Virus record (IMG/VR): IMGVR_UViG_3300050821_013558
Length of the DNA: 64,000 nt
Strand: one strand, 5' to 3'
Source: an uncultured virus (IMG/VR IMGVR_UViG_3300050821_013558)
Lineage: Duplodnaviria > Heunggongvirae > Uroviricota > Caudoviricetes
How positions within the stretch are numbered: position 1 is the first letter of the stretch; every line of letters begins with the position of its first letter. Positions 62,360 through 64,000 of this stretch are shown here, one piece after another. A program made the translations under genes and the position numbers. Below the pieces are notes generated by a model. It was not told the DNA's origin. It searched no databases and saw only the letters and a program-made list of their open reading frames with translations.

Positions 62360-62820
62360 GCGATCTGGTTGTCGACTCTCCTTGCGCACTGACTCCTCCG
62401 TCGCCGGAGATGCTCGACAAAATGAATCAGGCGAACGATTTGATCCGGGCCTGTCCGCAGGTGGAGATTGTTACTGAGCACCTTATCCACGGCGGGATGT
62501 ATGCGCGGACGATACGGCGTGGTCCCGGCGTGGTCGCAGTCGGCTCGCTGATTCTGCGTGCCACTATTTTGATCGTTTCCGGTCCCTGCACTCTTGTTAC
62601 AGGAGACCGGCGCATCGACCTTCATGGATACAACGTTCTTCCTGGTCTCGCAGGCCGCAAACAGATTTCGCTTACCCATGGTGATGTGGAAATGACGATG
62701 ATCTTTCCAACTTCAGCCAAGACAGTCGAAGACGCAGAAAATGAAATTTTTGCCGAAGCCGATCAACTGGTCTCGCGAAGAGACGGCGACCGGGACATCA
62801 TCACGATTACCGGCCAATGA
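62356..62820 (+). CDS. Cupin-like protein
   Basis: EHLIHGGMYARTI..GPG..VGSLI, GRKQ; GGAGG SD. Confidence 0.65.
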   Translation: MSDLVVDSPCALTPPSPEMLDKMNQANDLIRACPQVEIVTEHLIHGGMYARTIRRGPGVVAVGSLILRATILIVSGPCTLVTGDRRIDLHGYNVLPGLAGRKQISLTHGDVEMTMIFPTSAKTVEDAENEIFAEADQLVSRRDGDRDIITITGQ

Positions 62821-62841
62821 CGCTGGGGAAAGGAGTTTCTG

Positions 62842-63387
62842 ATGTCGGGTACCATCTCAGCCACAACCGCTGCTTTAATCGCTGCCGCGGTAGGCGCAGC
62901 AGGCGTTGGCACTAGCGTTTACGAAGGAGTTCAGTCGAGCGATCAGGCATCTGCCGCGCAGAAAGCGCAGCAACAGGCTTTGGCCCAGCAACAACAGGCT
63001 CAAGCCAACCAGGCAAATCTTACGAAGCAGGAAGCCGTGCTTGGCGCGCAAGGTCAGACGCAGCAGCAGACCGGCGGATCATTAACTGATTCCGGAACCT
63101 CCGCTTTGACTGATCTTTTGGCTGGATATCCCGGCTATCAAGGTGGCTCAGGCACAAGTACCGGCACGGGTGTGGGAACAAGCGACGTTGGCGGTACAGG
63201 TTCTCCTGGTGGCAGCGGACCTACTCCTGACATTGCTTCTATTTTGGCGGCTTTACGCAATAACAGCGGCAGCGGCGGGCCTGGCCTTAGTGCTCCCGGT
63301 ACTTCTGGAAATATCTTCGGCGGTAACTGGCAAACTCAACCGGCTACGCCACAAAATCAGTTGGAGCTTGCCAACCCGCTGGTCTAA
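62842..63387 (+). CDS. Putative internal virion (ejection) protein
   Basis: Ala/Gly-rich hydrophobic N-terminus, Gln-rich coil; AAGGAG SD. Confidence 0.65.
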   Translation: MSGTISATTAALIAAAVGAAGVGTSVYEGVQSSDQASAAQKAQQQALAQQQQAQANQANLTKQEAVLGAQGQTQQQTGGSLTDSGTSALTDLLAGYPGYQGGSGTSTGTGVGTSDVGGTGSPGGSGPTPDIASILAALRNNSGSGGPGLSAPGTSGNIFGGNWQTQPATPQNQLELANPLV

Positions 63388-63397
63388 GGAGGCTTTT

Positions 63398-64000
63398 ATG
63401 TCCGGTACACTTTCTGCGACAACTCTCGGTGCGCTTGCTCCCATACTAAAGGACGCTACCGGTGTCGCCGGCCTCGGCTCCACAGTCTACAATCTCTACA
63501 ATCAGTACCAAAATCAGCAGTATCAAAATCAGCTTCGGTCTCTGGCGCAGGACCCGGCGAAGATGAATGCCTACGCTGCGAAATTTACCCAGCCGCTGAC
63601 TGCTGGATTGACCGCCGGAGTCGCTAATCAGGCTCAGGGCTACTTGGCTTCCCGTGGGCTCTCCGACTCACCGCAGATTTCCGAGCAGGTCGAAGCGCAG
63701 GCCATCGCTCCCTATATTCAGCAAAATCAGCAGCAGGGGTATCAGGACGCGCTTCAGGCGCTCAGCGTTGGCGGTGGAGCGATCAATCCGGCGCTTCAGC
63801 AGCAGAATGGTCTTACAGCGCTAACCAAGGCATTTTCGCAATTGAGTCCTCCCGGCTCTTCTCCTTCTCCTGCTACTCTCCAGGACTATTTGCGCACATT
63901 TGGGACTCAGTCACAGCAACTCGATCCAAGCCAGTGGAATCCCGGCGCCGCACCGCCGCCGATCGACACTTCTTCATGGGACTGGGGCGCATCGGCGCCG
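63398..64000 (+). CDS. Putative internal virion protein, truncated by window end (not in ORF track)
   Basis: AAGGAGG SD; 201 open codons MSGTLSATT..., Gln/Ala-rich. Confidence 0.65.
   Translation, partial: MSGTLSATTLGALAPILKDATGVAGLGSTVYNLYNQYQNQQYQNQLRSLAQDPAKMNAYAAKFTQPLTAGLTAGVANQAQGYLASRGLSDSPQISEQVEAQAIAPYIQQNQQQGYQDALQALSVGGGAINPALQQQNGLTALTKAFSQLSPPGSSPSPATLQDYLRTFGTQSQQLDPSQWNPGAAPPPIDTSSWDWGASAP

Noticed and set aside
61829..62820. GNAT and cupin-like genes among virion genes as a novelty in themselves
   Set aside because: An acetyltransferase-like gene between nozzle and ejection proteins is a common podovirus arrangement
1..64000. Genome-wide TAG reassignment
   Set aside because: Long genes are intact in the standard code and many end in TAG at sensible positions; only one suspicious amber codon
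1..64000. tRNA, retron or diversity-generating retroelement
   Set aside because: No cloverleaf with T-loop consensus, no reverse transcriptase motif and no template/variable repeat pair recognised by eye
1..64000. Host assignment
   Set aside because: Lipoproteins and a GH108-like lysin suggest a diderm host, but nothing in the sequence names a taxon

Overview
This window is most of a tailed dsDNA phage genome, probably circularly permuted and with a podovirus-like gene order. No host genes, rRNA, tRNA or CRISPR array were seen. Layout: (1) lysis and membrane genes, 1-4.3 kb (+). (2) A leftward arm, 4.3-24.8 kb, with PAPS-reductase-like, primase-polymerase/helicase, family A DNA polymerase, SSB, Cas4-like nuclease, SNF2 helicase, RuvC-like, small serine recombinase and acidic ArdA-like genes, plus a candidate origin. 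(3) A rightward arm from 25.1 kb with small genes, an HNH, a five-gene glycosylation/methylation cassette, ThyX, an intein-containing large terminase, an antisense C5 methyltransferase with a nested out-of-frame gene, portal, scaffold, major capsid, adaptor, nozzle, GNAT and internal virion proteins (truncated at the end). The most unusual observation is two clusters of small Arg/Lys-rich proteins flanking the portal gene. One is an array of four 12-41 aa micro-ORFs missed by the ORF track, each with its own Shine-Dalgarno (SD) site. Both clusters sit behind an identical 14-bp motif, making this a candidate protamine-like DNA-condensation system. Also notable: a covarying two-hairpin leader ahead of three genes, an apparent ATC start for the portal, and repeated RBS-containing gene-junction sequences. 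All family assignments come from motif recognition by eye; no searches were run.
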